Source of the DNA: a virus
Strand: one strand, 5' to 3'
Virus record (IMG/VR): IMGVR_UViG_3300048065_001187
Span: 64,001-128,000 of that record
DNA: 64,000 bases
Under the pieces are notes generated by a model that made no database searches, was not told the origin of the DNA, and worked only from the letters and a program-made list of their open reading frames with translations. The position numbers and the translations under genes were made by a program. Positions within the stretch are counted from its first letter, which is position 1. Every line of letters begins with the position of its first letter. Shown here piece after piece: positions 19,290 to 29,487 of the stretch.

Positions 19290-19924
19290 TGGAAGACTTA
19301 CTAAGATTTAAGAAAGACCAAAAATATGTTGTTTTTGATTTTGAAACCTGTAATCTAAATTTAGTTTCAGAGCATAACAAGCCTTGGCAGCTCGCATTCC
19401 TTGTTTACCATGGTGACAAACTTATTGAATCTAATGATTACCATATTTTTTGGGAAGATTTAAGAATGTCTGAGGGTGCTAGAAAAGTCACTGGCTTTAA
19501 AGATTCCAAGTATAAAAAGCTAGCTCAACCTGCAGAAGAAGTTCTTGATCATTTCGAGAAGTATCTTTACGATGATTCTTATATCAAATTGGGCCACAAT
19601 ATCTTAGGTTTTGATATTTATATTCATAATATTTTTAGAAAGTTGCTTGGCAGAAAAACAGATTATTCTTATCTTGCTCATTCTATTGACACATTATGTT
19701 TAGCTAAAGCTATTTATAAAGAAGTCGAGCTGAATGGGGGCGATTTCCTGTCTTGGCAATTTAAACTAAATTCTTTTCACGAAAGAGGTATGCGTTTAAA
19801 TCTAGGGGCATGCTGCAAAAGGTATGAGGTTGATTTTGATCCAACAAAACTACATGATGCACTATATGATATTAAAAAAAATTATGAAGTCTTTAAGAAA
19901 ATGCTATGGAAAGTAAAAATATGA
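19286..19924 (+). CDS. DEDDh 3'-5' exonuclease (DnaQ-like)
   Basis: VFDFET (ExoI), GHNILGFD (ExoII), HDALYD (ExoIII). Confidence 0.9.
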   Translation: MMEDLLRFKKDQKYVVFDFETCNLNLVSEHNKPWQLAFLVYHGDKLIESNDYHIFWEDLRMSEGARKVTGFKDSKYKKLAQPAEEVLDHFEKYLYDDSYIKLGHNILGFDIYIHNIFRKLLGRKTDYSYLAHSIDTLCLAKAIYKEVELNGGDFLSWQFKLNSFHERGMRLNLGACCKRYEVDFDPTKLHDALYDIKKNYEVFKKMLWKVKI

Positions 19925-20142
19925 AAAATGATATTGATTGTTATCTTGAATTATACTCTGAACAGATTAATAATCTTATAGAGGAAGCCTCCGATTTGTA
20001 TAAACAATTATATTCTAAGCCAAAAAAGTATTGGAGCATTCATAAAGAAGCTTATTATAATATATTAAACCAAATAGATGACATTGAAATCGAAAGCAAA
20101 GCATTACTTGATTGCAAAAAAGATTGCATTGCTAACTTATGA
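19921..20142 (+). CDS. Small helical hypothetical protein
   Basis: ATGA-coupled at both ends, between the exonuclease and dnaE. Confidence 0.6.
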   Translation: MKNDIDCYLELYSEQINNLIEEASDLYKQLYSKPKKYWSIHKEAYYNILNQIDDIEIESKALLDCKKDCIANL

Positions 20143-22715
20143 CAAGTTTCATTGATCAATTTGAAGAGTATGCAGATTGCATACCCCCAGGCGTTCGACT
20201 ACCAAAGATTGAAATCACTGATAAGCAGTATAAATCTATAAATGCTGATAGCGGTATATCAAATTATGATTTCCTGAGAAAACTTTGTTTAGCCGGTGTT
20301 AAATCAAAAGGTATTGATAAGCAAAAAAACGCACAAGAGTATTATGATAGAGCAAAAGAAGAGCTTTCGATACTAAAAGAGTTAGGCTTTATAGATTATA
20401 TTTTATTAAATTGGGATATTCTTAATTTTTGCCACGAAAATGAAATACCAACAGGCCCAGGTCGTGGTAGTGCTGCGGGATGCTTAGTTCTTTATTTAAT
20501 TGATGTTACAAAGATTGATCCTATCAAGTATGATTTATTTTTTGAGAGATTTGTCAGCAAGAGTAGAGCTAAAAAAATCGAGAAAGATGGAGTTACATAT
20601 TTAGATGGTAGTTTGCTTGCTGATGTTGATAACGATATTGCATATGAACATCGATATAAAGTTATTGATTATATCGAATCAAAATACCCAGGCAGAACAG
20701 CTAAAATTTTAACATTAAATACTTTAAGTAGCAAGCTTTGCATTCGAGAGTGTGGTAAAATTGTAGGCGGATATACAGAGTCGGATATCAATGCCATAAC
20801 AGCACTAATTCCAAAGAACTTTGGTAAGGTTGCGTCTATATCAGACTCAATAGATGAGGTTGATAAGCTTCAAGAGTGGGTTGTCAGCAATGAAGAAGTT
20901 GTTAGAATTGCAAAGAAGCTAGAGAATTTAAATAAAAATAGTGGAGTCCACCCATCTGGAATAGCTATCTCGCATGACGAAATTTCAAACTTGTCTCCAT
21001 TGCAGTCAACAAACGAAGGTGCATTAGTTACAGCCTATGATATGAATTGGGTTGCTGAACTTATGGTAAAGTTCGATATCCTAGGATTAAGAACTCTTAG
21101 TGTCGTTTATGATGCATGCAATAGTCTTGACATAGATCCTCTTACTATTCCTCTAGACGATAAAAAAACTTATCTACCACTGCAAGAACTTGAGCATGCT
21201 CATGGTTTATTTCAGATTGAGGCCCATACTAATTTTAGCGTTTGCAAAAAGATTAAGCCAGAAAACCTAGAACAGCTTAGTGCTGTAGTTGCAATAGCTA
21301 GACCAGGAGCATTAGACTTTACAGATCAATATTCTGATTATGTTAGAACGGGAGAATTTCAAAGTCAGCATGAACTGTACGATGATGTTTTATCGTACAC
21401 AGGTGGCATACCTTTATATCAAGAACAGTTAATGAAAATGGCTGTGCAGGTTGGCTTTACCCTTGACGAAGCTGAACAACTTCGACGTATTGTTGGCAAG
21501 AAAAAGGTTGATCAGATGCCAGCTTGGAAGGCGAAGATTGAATCAAAGATTATTGAAAACAGATTGCCTATCGAAGCTGCAGATATATTATGGCGTGTTG
21601 CTGAGGATAGCGCCAATTACTCGTTCAATAAAAGCCACTCAATAGCATACAGCACTCTTGCTGCATGGACTACTTATCTCAAGTTTAATTACCCAAAAGA
21701 GTTCTTTTTGTCTTTATTAAAAATGACCAAGTTTGAGCCAACACCTCAGGCTGAAGTCGCAAGGATCAGCCAAGAGCTTCCATTTTTTGGGATTAAATTA
21801 TTGCCGCCAAGTATATTAAAATCTAAGATGGATTTCAGTATTGAAGGCGACAACATAAGATATGGGTTGAGTAGCATCAAAGGTATTAGTGAGAAGTCTT
21901 TAAATTCTCTACGCAAGTTTCGTGATGAGGAAAATAAAACTAAGTTTGATTTATTCTTGGCGGCTAAATCTGCGGGATTGAACATTGGTGTTTTATCTGC
22001 ATTAATTCAGGCGGGTGCATTAACTGATGATCCCACAGAAGACAGATCTAAGCTCGTATTAGAAGCTCAATTGTTCAACATTCTGACGGACAGAGAAAAA
22101 AGAAACTTCATTGCTATATCGGAAGCAGACAATGTTGATTTATTTGCTATATTCAAAAGAGTAACTGATTCTGAATTTAAAGTAGTTGGTGATGATGGTA
22201 GGCCATTAATAAAAGAGTCAAGATATCAAACACTAAAAAAGAAGTACGATCCTTATAAAAAGATTTACTATAAAAATAGTAAGAGTCAAAAATTTGCTAA
22301 TTGGTATTTCGAAAAACAGTTATTAGGCTTCAGCTATTCAGCAGAACTAGCTAAGGTATTTGACCATGCAAAAGATAAACCTCGCAATTCTATTTACTTT
22401 AAATCCCTTGAGCCTAGAGAGTCCTCTAAGTATATATTTTCTGTTTCATTCGCAAAAAAAGATAAGTCTAGGAATGGTAATATGTACATCAAATTAGAAC
22501 TAGAAGACGAATTTGGTATGGTTAACGCTATACTTTGCGATACAGCTAGAGAAAAAAAATGCAGCAACTATATCGAGAACCACACTATACCCAAGGAAGG
22601 AAACATTATCACTTTATATGGTGAAAAAACTAGGGAAGGTGATGCTATTTTTGTAAATAACATGAAGATAGTTGATGAAATGATATATATGAATTTAAAA
22701 GATTTAAAGGTATAA
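20139..22715 (+). CDS. dnaE: DNA polymerase III alpha, catalytic part lacking PHP
   Basis: GPGRGSAAG, LFFERF, ADVDND, GVHPSG, KFDILGLRTL, YQEQLM, YSFNKSHS, C-terminal OB fold. Confidence 0.95.
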   Translation: MTSFIDQFEEYADCIPPGVRLPKIEITDKQYKSINADSGISNYDFLRKLCLAGVKSKGIDKQKNAQEYYDRAKEELSILKELGFIDYILLNWDILNFCHENEIPTGPGRGSAAGCLVLYLIDVTKIDPIKYDLFFERFVSKSRAKKIEKDGVTYLDGSLLADVDNDIAYEHRYKVIDYIESKYPGRTAKILTLNTLSSKLCIRECGKIVGGYTESDINAITALIPKNFGKVASISDSIDEVDKLQEWVVSNEEVVRIAKKLENLNKNSGVHPSGIAISHDEISNLSPLQSTNEGALVTAYDMNWVAELMVKFDILGLRTLSVVYDACNSLDIDPLTIPLDDKKTYLPLQELEHAHGLFQIEAHTNFSVCKKIKPENLEQLSAVVAIARPGALDFTDQYSDYVRTGEFQSQHELYDDVLSYTGGIPLYQEQLMKMAVQVGFTLDEAEQLRRIVGKKKVDQMPAWKAKIESKIIENRLPIEAADILWRVAEDSANYSFNKSHSIAYSTLAAWTTYLKFNYPKEFFLSLLKMTKFEPTPQAEVARISQELPFFGIKLLPPSILKSKMDFSIEGDNIRYGLSSIKGISEKSLNSLRKFRDEENKTKFDLFLAAKSAGLNIGVLSALIQAGALTDDPTEDRSKLVLEAQLFNILTDREKRNFIAISEADNVDLFAIFKRVTDSEFKVVGDDGRPLIKESRYQTLKKKYDPYKKIYYKNSKSQKFANWYFEKQLLGFSYSAELAKVFDHAKDKPRNSIYFKSLEPRESSKYIFSVSFAKKDKSRNGNMYIKLELEDEFGMVNAILCDTAREKKCSNYIENHTIPKEGNIITLYGEKTREGDAIFVNNMKIVDEMIYMNLKDLKV

Positions 22716-22730
22716 GTGTACATTATGGGA

Positions 22731-25127
22731 ATGGATCTATCACCAAATTTTACTCCAAAAGCTCAGCAGATGATCTCACAAGCTAAGTCTTTTGCGACAT
22801 CCTTGAACGACGAAGAAGTAGAGCCTGCTCACTTACTATTGGTTATATTAAATTCAGGAGATGCTTTAGTTGATGATTTCCTTGCTAGCTTTGGGTTTAC
22901 TGCTGATGAAGTCAAGGCATTTGTCACTACTTTTTGTGGCTTAAAAAAGAATGAAGACAATGACGAGCAAGCTAAATTTTCAGAAGATTTTGCTATTGTT
23001 CTTTCTAAGGCTCATGAATTTTCTCAAGAAATCAATGATGACTATGTTGGTATAGAGCATTTCTTTTTTATATTTTTAAATTCTTTTGATGGAGCATTGC
23101 ATAGCTTTTTTAAAGCTTACGATGTTGATGTTCAAAATTTAGTTAAAACATTTATTCTTTTAATAAAAAGTAGCGATCTCAATTTCCCTCAGACGGCAGT
23201 TAGTAATAAAACAACTCGCCCGCATGTTGCTCCTCAAAACAACAAAGAAAGTACATTAGAATCTTTTTCAGTAAATTTAAACAGGCTTTCTACCGAAGGA
23301 AAGATAGGAAAAATTATAGGAAAAGATTATGAAATTGAAAGAGTGTGCGAAATTCTTTCAAGAAAAACCAAAAACAATGCTCTACTTATAGGGGATCCTG
23401 GCGTTGGTAAAACGGCTATAGTAGAAGGCTTAGCACACAAAATAGTATCAGGCAAAGTGCCTCCATATCTTTTAGATAAAGAAGTTTATGCTGTAGACTT
23501 AGCCTCAATGATTGCGGGCACAAAGTATAGAGGTCAATTTGAGCAGAGAATTAAATCTCTTCTCTCTGAGTGCAAAGACAAATCTAATGTTATTTTATTT
23601 ATTGATGAAACGCATACCATTGTTGGGGCAGGAGGAGCAGAAGGGGCAATGGATGCGGCTAACATATTAAAACCTGCGCTTGCAAGAGGAGAAGTCACAC
23701 TTATTGGAGCTACCACCTTCCCTGAGTTCAAAAAAAATATCGAAAAAGATGTTGCCTTGACTAGAAGATTTGAACCAATACATGTACAAGAGCCAAGTGT
23801 TGAAGAAACTTACTTGATATTAAAAGGATTAAAGAAGTCTTATGAAGAATTTCATGATGTAAAATATCCAGTAAAAGTACTAAACCAAATCGTCCAGCTT
23901 TGCGATCTATATCTTCCTAATAAAAAATTCCCAGATAAAGCTATTGATGTACTAGATGAAGTTGGCGCTAAAGTAAAGATCAGAAACTTGACGCCTCCGA
24001 AAGAAATTCTTAATCTAGAAGATAAAATCTATGGAGCGATTGACGCTGATCCTAAGAATAGTGCAATAGAAGAAGGGTTAATGAAGACATACGAAGACCT
24101 TTTGAATAATTGGAAGGCCGAACCTATTGAGCCTATCTCTTCTGATGATATTCTTTCTGTTATTTCTCAAAAAGCAAAAGTTCCTAAGGAAAATTTGGTG
24201 CATGAAAAAGATGATAGAACAAAGTCTATTCAAAAATCTCTTTCTAAATGCATAATCAATCAGCCAGACGCGGTTTCCTGCATGAGTAGATCTATACTTA
24301 GATCTAAAATAGGCTTAAAAGATAATAAAAAACCAATTGGTTCTTTCTTATTTTTAGGGGCCACGGGAGTTGGAAAAACTTGGAGTGCTAAGATGTTAGC
24401 TAAACATTACTTCGGCTCAGAAAAGAATATATTTCGTTTTGATATGTCAGAATATTCTGAAAAAGTATCCTCATCTAAATTAATCGGTGCATCACCAGGA
24501 TATGTTGGCTATGAAGAAGGCGGCCTGTTGATAGAGAACTTAAAAAAGAAGCCTCATTGTGTTCTTCTTTTTGATGAAATTGAAAAATCTCACCCAGAAG
24601 TTCAACAACTACTACTACAAGCTCTTGAAGAAGGAGAGATTGAAGATAACAGTGGTAATAAAGCCCACTTTAAAGATACCATAATTATCTTAACAAGTAA
24701 CATTGGGTCAGAGTTAACCACAAAATCTACCTTAGGCTTCGGACCTTCTGCAGAATCTAACACATCGAAGATACATGACGCCGCAAAGAAGATACTTAGC
24801 CCCGAATTAATAAATAGGCTAGATGAAATTGTAGTATTTAATCACTTGGAAGAAAAAGATTTACATAAAATATTTAAAAATCAAATAAGAAATCTACAAA
24901 CCAAGTTAAAATCAAAAAATATTAAAATAAATTATTCAGATGAAGTACTGGAGTTTATGTGTCACCAAGCTGCGTCCGAAAAAATGGGAGCAAGACCTCT
25001 AAAACGACTAATACAGCAGAATATAGAGGATCAAATTGTAGATTATTATTATAATAACGATATTATTTCCAGTGCTTTGTTTAATTTTACAGTCGTAGGA
25101 GAAGAAATTAGATACAATATATCATAA
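22731..25127 (+). CDS. clpC: ClpC/ClpA-type AAA+ unfoldase
   Basis: Clp N-domain, GDPGVGKT, AGTKYRGQFE, FIDETH, GATGVGKT, LFDEIEK, LGF ClpP-docking loop, GARPL; start at 22725 or 22731. Confidence 0.92.
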   Translation: MDLSPNFTPKAQQMISQAKSFATSLNDEEVEPAHLLLVILNSGDALVDDFLASFGFTADEVKAFVTTFCGLKKNEDNDEQAKFSEDFAIVLSKAHEFSQEINDDYVGIEHFFFIFLNSFDGALHSFFKAYDVDVQNLVKTFILLIKSSDLNFPQTAVSNKTTRPHVAPQNNKESTLESFSVNLNRLSTEGKIGKIIGKDYEIERVCEILSRKTKNNALLIGDPGVGKTAIVEGLAHKIVSGKVPPYLLDKEVYAVDLASMIAGTKYRGQFEQRIKSLLSECKDKSNVILFIDETHTIVGAGGAEGAMDAANILKPALARGEVTLIGATTFPEFKKNIEKDVALTRRFEPIHVQEPSVEETYLILKGLKKSYEEFHDVKYPVKVLNQIVQLCDLYLPNKKFPDKAIDVLDEVGAKVKIRNLTPPKEILNLEDKIYGAIDADPKNSAIEEGLMKTYEDLLNNWKAEPIEPISSDDILSVISQKAKVPKENLVHEKDDRTKSIQKSLSKCIINQPDAVSCMSRSILRSKIGLKDNKKPIGSFLFLGATGVGKTWSAKMLAKHYFGSEKNIFRFDMSEYSEKVSSSKLIGASPGYVGYEEGGLLIENLKKKPHCVLLFDEIEKSHPEVQQLLLQALEEGEIEDNSGNKAHFKDTIIILTSNIGSELTTKSTLGFGPSAESNTSKIHDAAKKILSPELINRLDEIVVFNHLEEKDLHKIFKNQIRNLQTKLKSKNIKINYSDEVLEFMCHQAASEKMGARPLKRLIQQNIEDQIVDYYYNNDIISSALFNFTVVGEEIRYNIS

Positions 25128-25170
25128 TTTATTGTTCAAGTGAGCCATATTATAGTGTATAATACTTATT

Positions 25171-28100
25171 ATGGCTGACAAAAAAATTTCTGAATTTCCT
25201 ATATTTAGCGGCAAGCAAGACGACGATACATTTTACATTATAGCTAGTGGTGATGCCGAAAATAATAAGGCACAAAATTATAAAATTAGTTTTACAGGGC
25301 TTGCAGACGAAGTATTTAAGACTTACCCAGAATACATAAGTGGGGCAACAGGAGCTTTTGCTGAGTCATTAACAATCAGCGGGCTCCCAGTTCTTACTGG
25401 GTTTGATATTGATGGAGGTAGCTCGATTATTGCTGGCACTACAGAAGAAATATCATTTGGAGGAACAGATCCTAGTGATACTCGCGAAGTTTCTTTTCAG
25501 CAAGGTGGCGAAACCAAGCTAGCTATCAACGAAGATGGAGATGTTGAAATATCTCAATCTTTAAACATTACAGAGTCCGCTAATATTGCTGGAGGCTTAA
25601 CGGTCCAGGAAGGTTCAACTACGATTTTAAATGGTCCAACCAAGATTAATGATACATTAACAGTTGATGATGGAGTGTCAACGCTATTAGGGGGAGCTTT
25701 GACTGTCACTGATATAACCAGAATCGACGGTGCTACAACAATTAATAACACATTAACAGTTGAAGACGGATCAAGCACAACTCTTGGCGGCACACTTACA
25801 GTCAAAGATGGAGCAACTTTAAGTAAAACATTAAGCGTTGCTGATGCTACCACTCTTAAGAGCACTTTGACGGTTGAGGACGGAAACAAAACAACCCTTG
25901 GCGGTGAGCTTACTGTTAAAGAAAAAGGTAGTTTTGCGAAGAATGTTAGTGTTGGCACAGATTTATCTGTTGGCGGAGAATTGACGGTTGGCGGCACAAC
26001 CTTAACGAATCTTTTAGCAGGGGTCAGCATTGATTCGCTGGAAGATATAGAAGATGTTACTCTCACAAGCATAGCTGATGGTGATATTTTGAAATGGGAT
26101 GGCTCTAAATGGGTAAATGTAGATGCTCTTGGAGATATTACCACGGCTCTTGCTGGGAAAGCTAACTCAAGCCATGCATTATCTTCTCATTCGGATGTTA
26201 GCACAACAAGTGCTTCTAGTGGTCAAGTTTTAAAATGGAATGGCAGCGAATGGGCTCCTGCTGCTGATGATGCTGGTTTATCTTCGGTAGAGTGGAGTCA
26301 AGTCAGCAACAAGCCTGCCACTTTTGATCCAGTAAGCCATACTCATGCGATATCTGACATTACGAATCTAAGCACTCAATTGGATTCTAAAGCTAGCTCA
26401 AGCCATACTCATGCGATATCTGAGATTACGGATCTAAGCACTCAATTGGATTCTAAAGCTAGCTCAAGCCATACTCATGCGATATCTGAGATTACGGATC
26501 TAAGCACTCAATTGGCCGCTAAAGCTAACTCAAGCCATACTCATTCTTGGGGCGATATTTCAGGTGGAGATTTCAATTCTTTAAGCAATTTTAATACAAC
26601 TATAAAATTTGATATCTCTGATTATCTTGCGGTTTCTGATTCGGGCGGAAACAATGTAAGAAAAATTACCGTAGAAGATTTGATACAGCTCCACAATGCT
26701 GAAAAAACTAAAGAGCAGCTTGATGCCAGTGATACTGATGAGCAAACCCTACTTGATCCTACTGAAGCTATTGAAGTCGACCCTGATGAAGGAGGAGGGG
26801 TACAGGTAGAATTTGATGCTGTAGAAGGTCGATGTGTTTTAGCAAATGATCCACCCCTTACATTAAGTAATTTCAAACAATTAATCGATCCATTTGGTGG
26901 GTTAAAATTGAATCCTACATATGGCACACCTGATGGAAATGGTTGCAGATCCTATAGTTATACTATCGCTGTTGATGATAGTGGTTCGGCGGCAACAGAA
27001 TATACTTTACTTTTAGGTAAGCATGATGATATAGATATCAAAGGATCATCGACACCTGTTAGTGTTCGTGGCCATGCTTTGCATGGAAGAGATCCTAGTG
27101 ATAATGATGGAGGATTTGGTACTGAAGGAAAAGTCTTTGATGCCAGTGCCACTGATACTTCATTTGTTACTAATCTTGTGTCTGCTGAGAATGATATCTA
27201 CAAAGATAGACCTTTAGAAATCAATGGGCAAGTACGTACTATATCTTCTTACAATGGAACCACAAAAGTCGTAACATTAAGCAGTGCATTAACTAGTGCT
27301 CCATCAAATGATACTGCTTTTACGATAAAAAATACAATGAGTTATCATGGATTACTAGATCCTAATGTTAACACCAACTTTATCTTTATGGGTTATAAGC
27401 CGCAAAATGATACCGGCCTTGGCACAGCCATTACTAGTTTTGATGACAATAGTTGGAAGCCTAGCGGTACTCAGACAAATGTGTATGTTGACAATGGATA
27501 TGTTGAACGAGACACAATCAAGGCTAAAGAGTTTTTTGAATATAGCCCAACACCCGTAAAAAGAAGGTCGGATGACGGAGAGTTTGCTCCGTGGATGGTT
27601 GCTCAAGCACACAATAGCTCAACAGCTTACAAAAGATTAAGTTTAGTGACTAGTGGTGGAGTATGGTATCTAGCAACTAGATATGTTCCTGCGAATACAT
27701 CTATTTCAAATACAATTTATTGGCAGGTAAGAGATGGAAATAGGCCTTGGGATTTTAATAGAATAGTAAAACATAATGGCAATTATTATATTGCAAAAAA
27801 TCCAGGCGGTGCAGGAACTGATCATACAAATACTACTGATTGGCATCAATTGACTACAGATCAATTAAACAATCCAGTATTAGATGTGCCTTGTAACAAT
27901 AGGGCTGAAGCTGTTTTTTATAATAGACATAACAGTGGTTTTGCTTTTAAATCCAGCCCAGACTCTAATGTTGTCGCTCAACCTTTTATTAGCTGGCAAG
28001 GTATTCGTACCTATATCAATGTTTTTCTTTCGAATGCCAGTAAAATAACGGTACTCGTACGAGACCCTAACTTACCAACTGATCATTATGCCGATTATAG

Positions 28101-29484
28101 TTATGTGGATCAAAAAAACGGCGGAGGGTCGTTGATGATCCATGGTGGTGTTTATATTGGAAATCCTCAATGTATTTTTTCTTTTTGTAGTCCAATTATT
28201 AAAAAACCAAGAAAATATAAAATAGATCTTTCTGCACAAACATCAACAGGCATACAAACACCGGGATTTAGCCGTGGTAATATGCATATTTTTCTTTGGT
28301 TTACAGGACCAGGTCATTCACATACTACATTGTCGAATATATATTTTAAGATTTACGGCCAAAATGAGGGTGCAAGTGATGGACATGGTTCTTTTAATTT
28401 TATGCGTGTTGATACTGGTACATCAGGTGATATTTCTGGAGTGACTTATGATTTAACCGAGGCTGCAACTTCTGCATCTAATTATTTTACAGCTATTACT
28501 CTTTATGGCGGCACTACAGGCATGTGGAATTTGAACAACAGTAGTGCATACACTGCATACAGAACACTTGGCCCTGACGGCACATTTTCATGGCAAAAAA
28601 CCATGACCTTTGATACAGCTGCAGGAGCGGATGCAGGAACCACATCATCTTATGCCTTGGCGGAACTAGAAGGCGCTTGCGGATTTAGTTCAGAAGTTCA
28701 TGGCAATCAATATATTAGATTTAGATTTCTGGAGCTAACCAATGGGTGTGAAGGATTCAGGATTTTTCACTGGAACACTGCGAATTATTCGCACTTTACA
28801 TCTAATGGTTTTAGATTTTCTCCGATAACCGCTAATTCAAGCACTCGATTGTTTGGAGACTTTGGTTCTTACGTATTTGCTGTTAATGCCAGCAATGGTA
28901 CAACTCTATATCATGCCACCCCAGCGGCGGTTTTATCTAGTACAACTCAAGCATTAGATGAAATAGGAGATGGTAGCCAATATTTTATATGGCTTGCGGC
29001 AAATAAAACTTGGGCATATCTGCCAGTGATGGATGGACCTAATACTTCTGCAAATTATTATAATAATAATATGGGTGAAATGTCGGGAACAAGTAAAGCT
29101 TATTGGCCATCTGCCCCTACACGCACAGGTACCAGTTATGCGGCATTTACAACAGATGTTACTTTATATAAAGATTCAGCCACCACAACAAGCACTACCT
29201 TAACTACTTATTTCACGGGTGCGCCAATGTTAACTAACCAAACATTAATAAATATAGGCGCCAAGGCTTTTGCTATAGGCAACGACGGATTGTTCCTGGG
29301 TGATGCAGGAGGTGCTGCTGCTGGCAACATAACTAATGTGGTTAGCGGAACCTCAATAGTACCAACCGTAAGCAGTAACTTTCTTGATAATTCAGCAATT
29401 GTAGCTCAATCTTTATCTGATAACATAGTGATTGCAACAACTAATGTAACCGCATTGTCAAGTAAATCTTATACTGTATCTTAA
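25171..29484 (+). CDS. Large tail fibre / virion structural protein (1437 aa)
   Basis: MADKKISE N-terminus, TLTV/TTLGG repeats, LKWDGSKW motifs, HTH-ISEIT repeats, Ser/Thr/Gly-rich distal domains. Confidence 0.8.
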   Translation: MADKKISEFPIFSGKQDDDTFYIIASGDAENNKAQNYKISFTGLADEVFKTYPEYISGATGAFAESLTISGLPVLTGFDIDGGSSIIAGTTEEISFGGTDPSDTREVSFQQGGETKLAINEDGDVEISQSLNITESANIAGGLTVQEGSTTILNGPTKINDTLTVDDGVSTLLGGALTVTDITRIDGATTINNTLTVEDGSSTTLGGTLTVKDGATLSKTLSVADATTLKSTLTVEDGNKTTLGGELTVKEKGSFAKNVSVGTDLSVGGELTVGGTTLTNLLAGVSIDSLEDIEDVTLTSIADGDILKWDGSKWVNVDALGDITTALAGKANSSHALSSHSDVSTTSASSGQVLKWNGSEWAPAADDAGLSSVEWSQVSNKPATFDPVSHTHAISDITNLSTQLDSKASSSHTHAISEITDLSTQLDSKASSSHTHAISEITDLSTQLAAKANSSHTHSWGDISGGDFNSLSNFNTTIKFDISDYLAVSDSGGNNVRKITVEDLIQLHNAEKTKEQLDASDTDEQTLLDPTEAIEVDPDEGGGVQVEFDAVEGRCVLANDPPLTLSNFKQLIDPFGGLKLNPTYGTPDGNGCRSYSYTIAVDDSGSAATEYTLLLGKHDDIDIKGSSTPVSVRGHALHGRDPSDNDGGFGTEGKVFDASATDTSFVTNLVSAENDIYKDRPLEINGQVRTISSYNGTTKVVTLSSALTSAPSNDTAFTIKNTMSYHGLLDPNVNTNFIFMGYKPQNDTGLGTAITSFDDNSWKPSGTQTNVYVDNGYVERDTIKAKEFFEYSPTPVKRRSDDGEFAPWMVAQAHNSSTAYKRLSLVTSGGVWYLATRYVPANTSISNTIYWQVRDGNRPWDFNRIVKHNGNYYIAKNPGGAGTDHTNTTDWHQLTTDQLNNPVLDVPCNNRAEAVFYNRHNSGFAFKSSPDSNVVAQPFISWQGIRTYINVFLSNASKITVLVRDPNLPTDHYADYSYVDQKNGGGSLMIHGGVYIGNPQCIFSFCSPIIKKPRKYKIDLSAQTSTGIQTPGFSRGNMHIFLWFTGPGHSHTTLSNIYFKIYGQNEGASDGHGSFNFMRVDTGTSGDISGVTYDLTEAATSASNYFTAITLYGGTTGMWNLNNSSAYTAYRTLGPDGTFSWQKTMTFDTAAGADAGTTSSYALAELEGACGFSSEVHGNQYIRFRFLELTNGCEGFRIFHWNTANYSHFTSNGFRFSPITANSSTRLFGDFGSYVFAVNASNGTTLYHATPAAVLSSTTQALDEIGDGSQYFIWLAANKTWAYLPVMDGPNTSANYYNNNMGEMSGTSKAYWPSAPTRTGTSYAAFTTDVTLYKDSATTTSTTLTTYFTGAPMLTNQTLINIGAKAFAIGNDGLFLGDAGGAAAGNITNVVSGTSIVPTVSSNFLDNSAIVAQSLSDNIVIATTNVTALSSKSYTVS
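26335..26544 (+). repeat. 66-bp tandem repeat x3.2 encoding SHTHAISEITDLSTQLDSKASS
   Basis: Near-identical units start at 26335, 26401 and 26467, with a partial unit at 26533. Confidence 0.95.
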
Positions 29485-29487
29485 TTT

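Noticed and set aside
19286-20142. Programmed frameshifts fusing PHP, exonuclease and DnaE
   Set aside because: Junctions are ordinary ATGA stop/start overlaps like those throughout the window
25554-26144. 196-aa minus-strand ORF and other short antisense ORFs
   Set aside because: Shadows of repetitive + strand genes with no motifs or expression signals
26335-26544. CRISPR array or DGR repeat
   Set aside because: In-frame coding tandem repeats with no spacers; no cas operon or reverse transcriptase in the window
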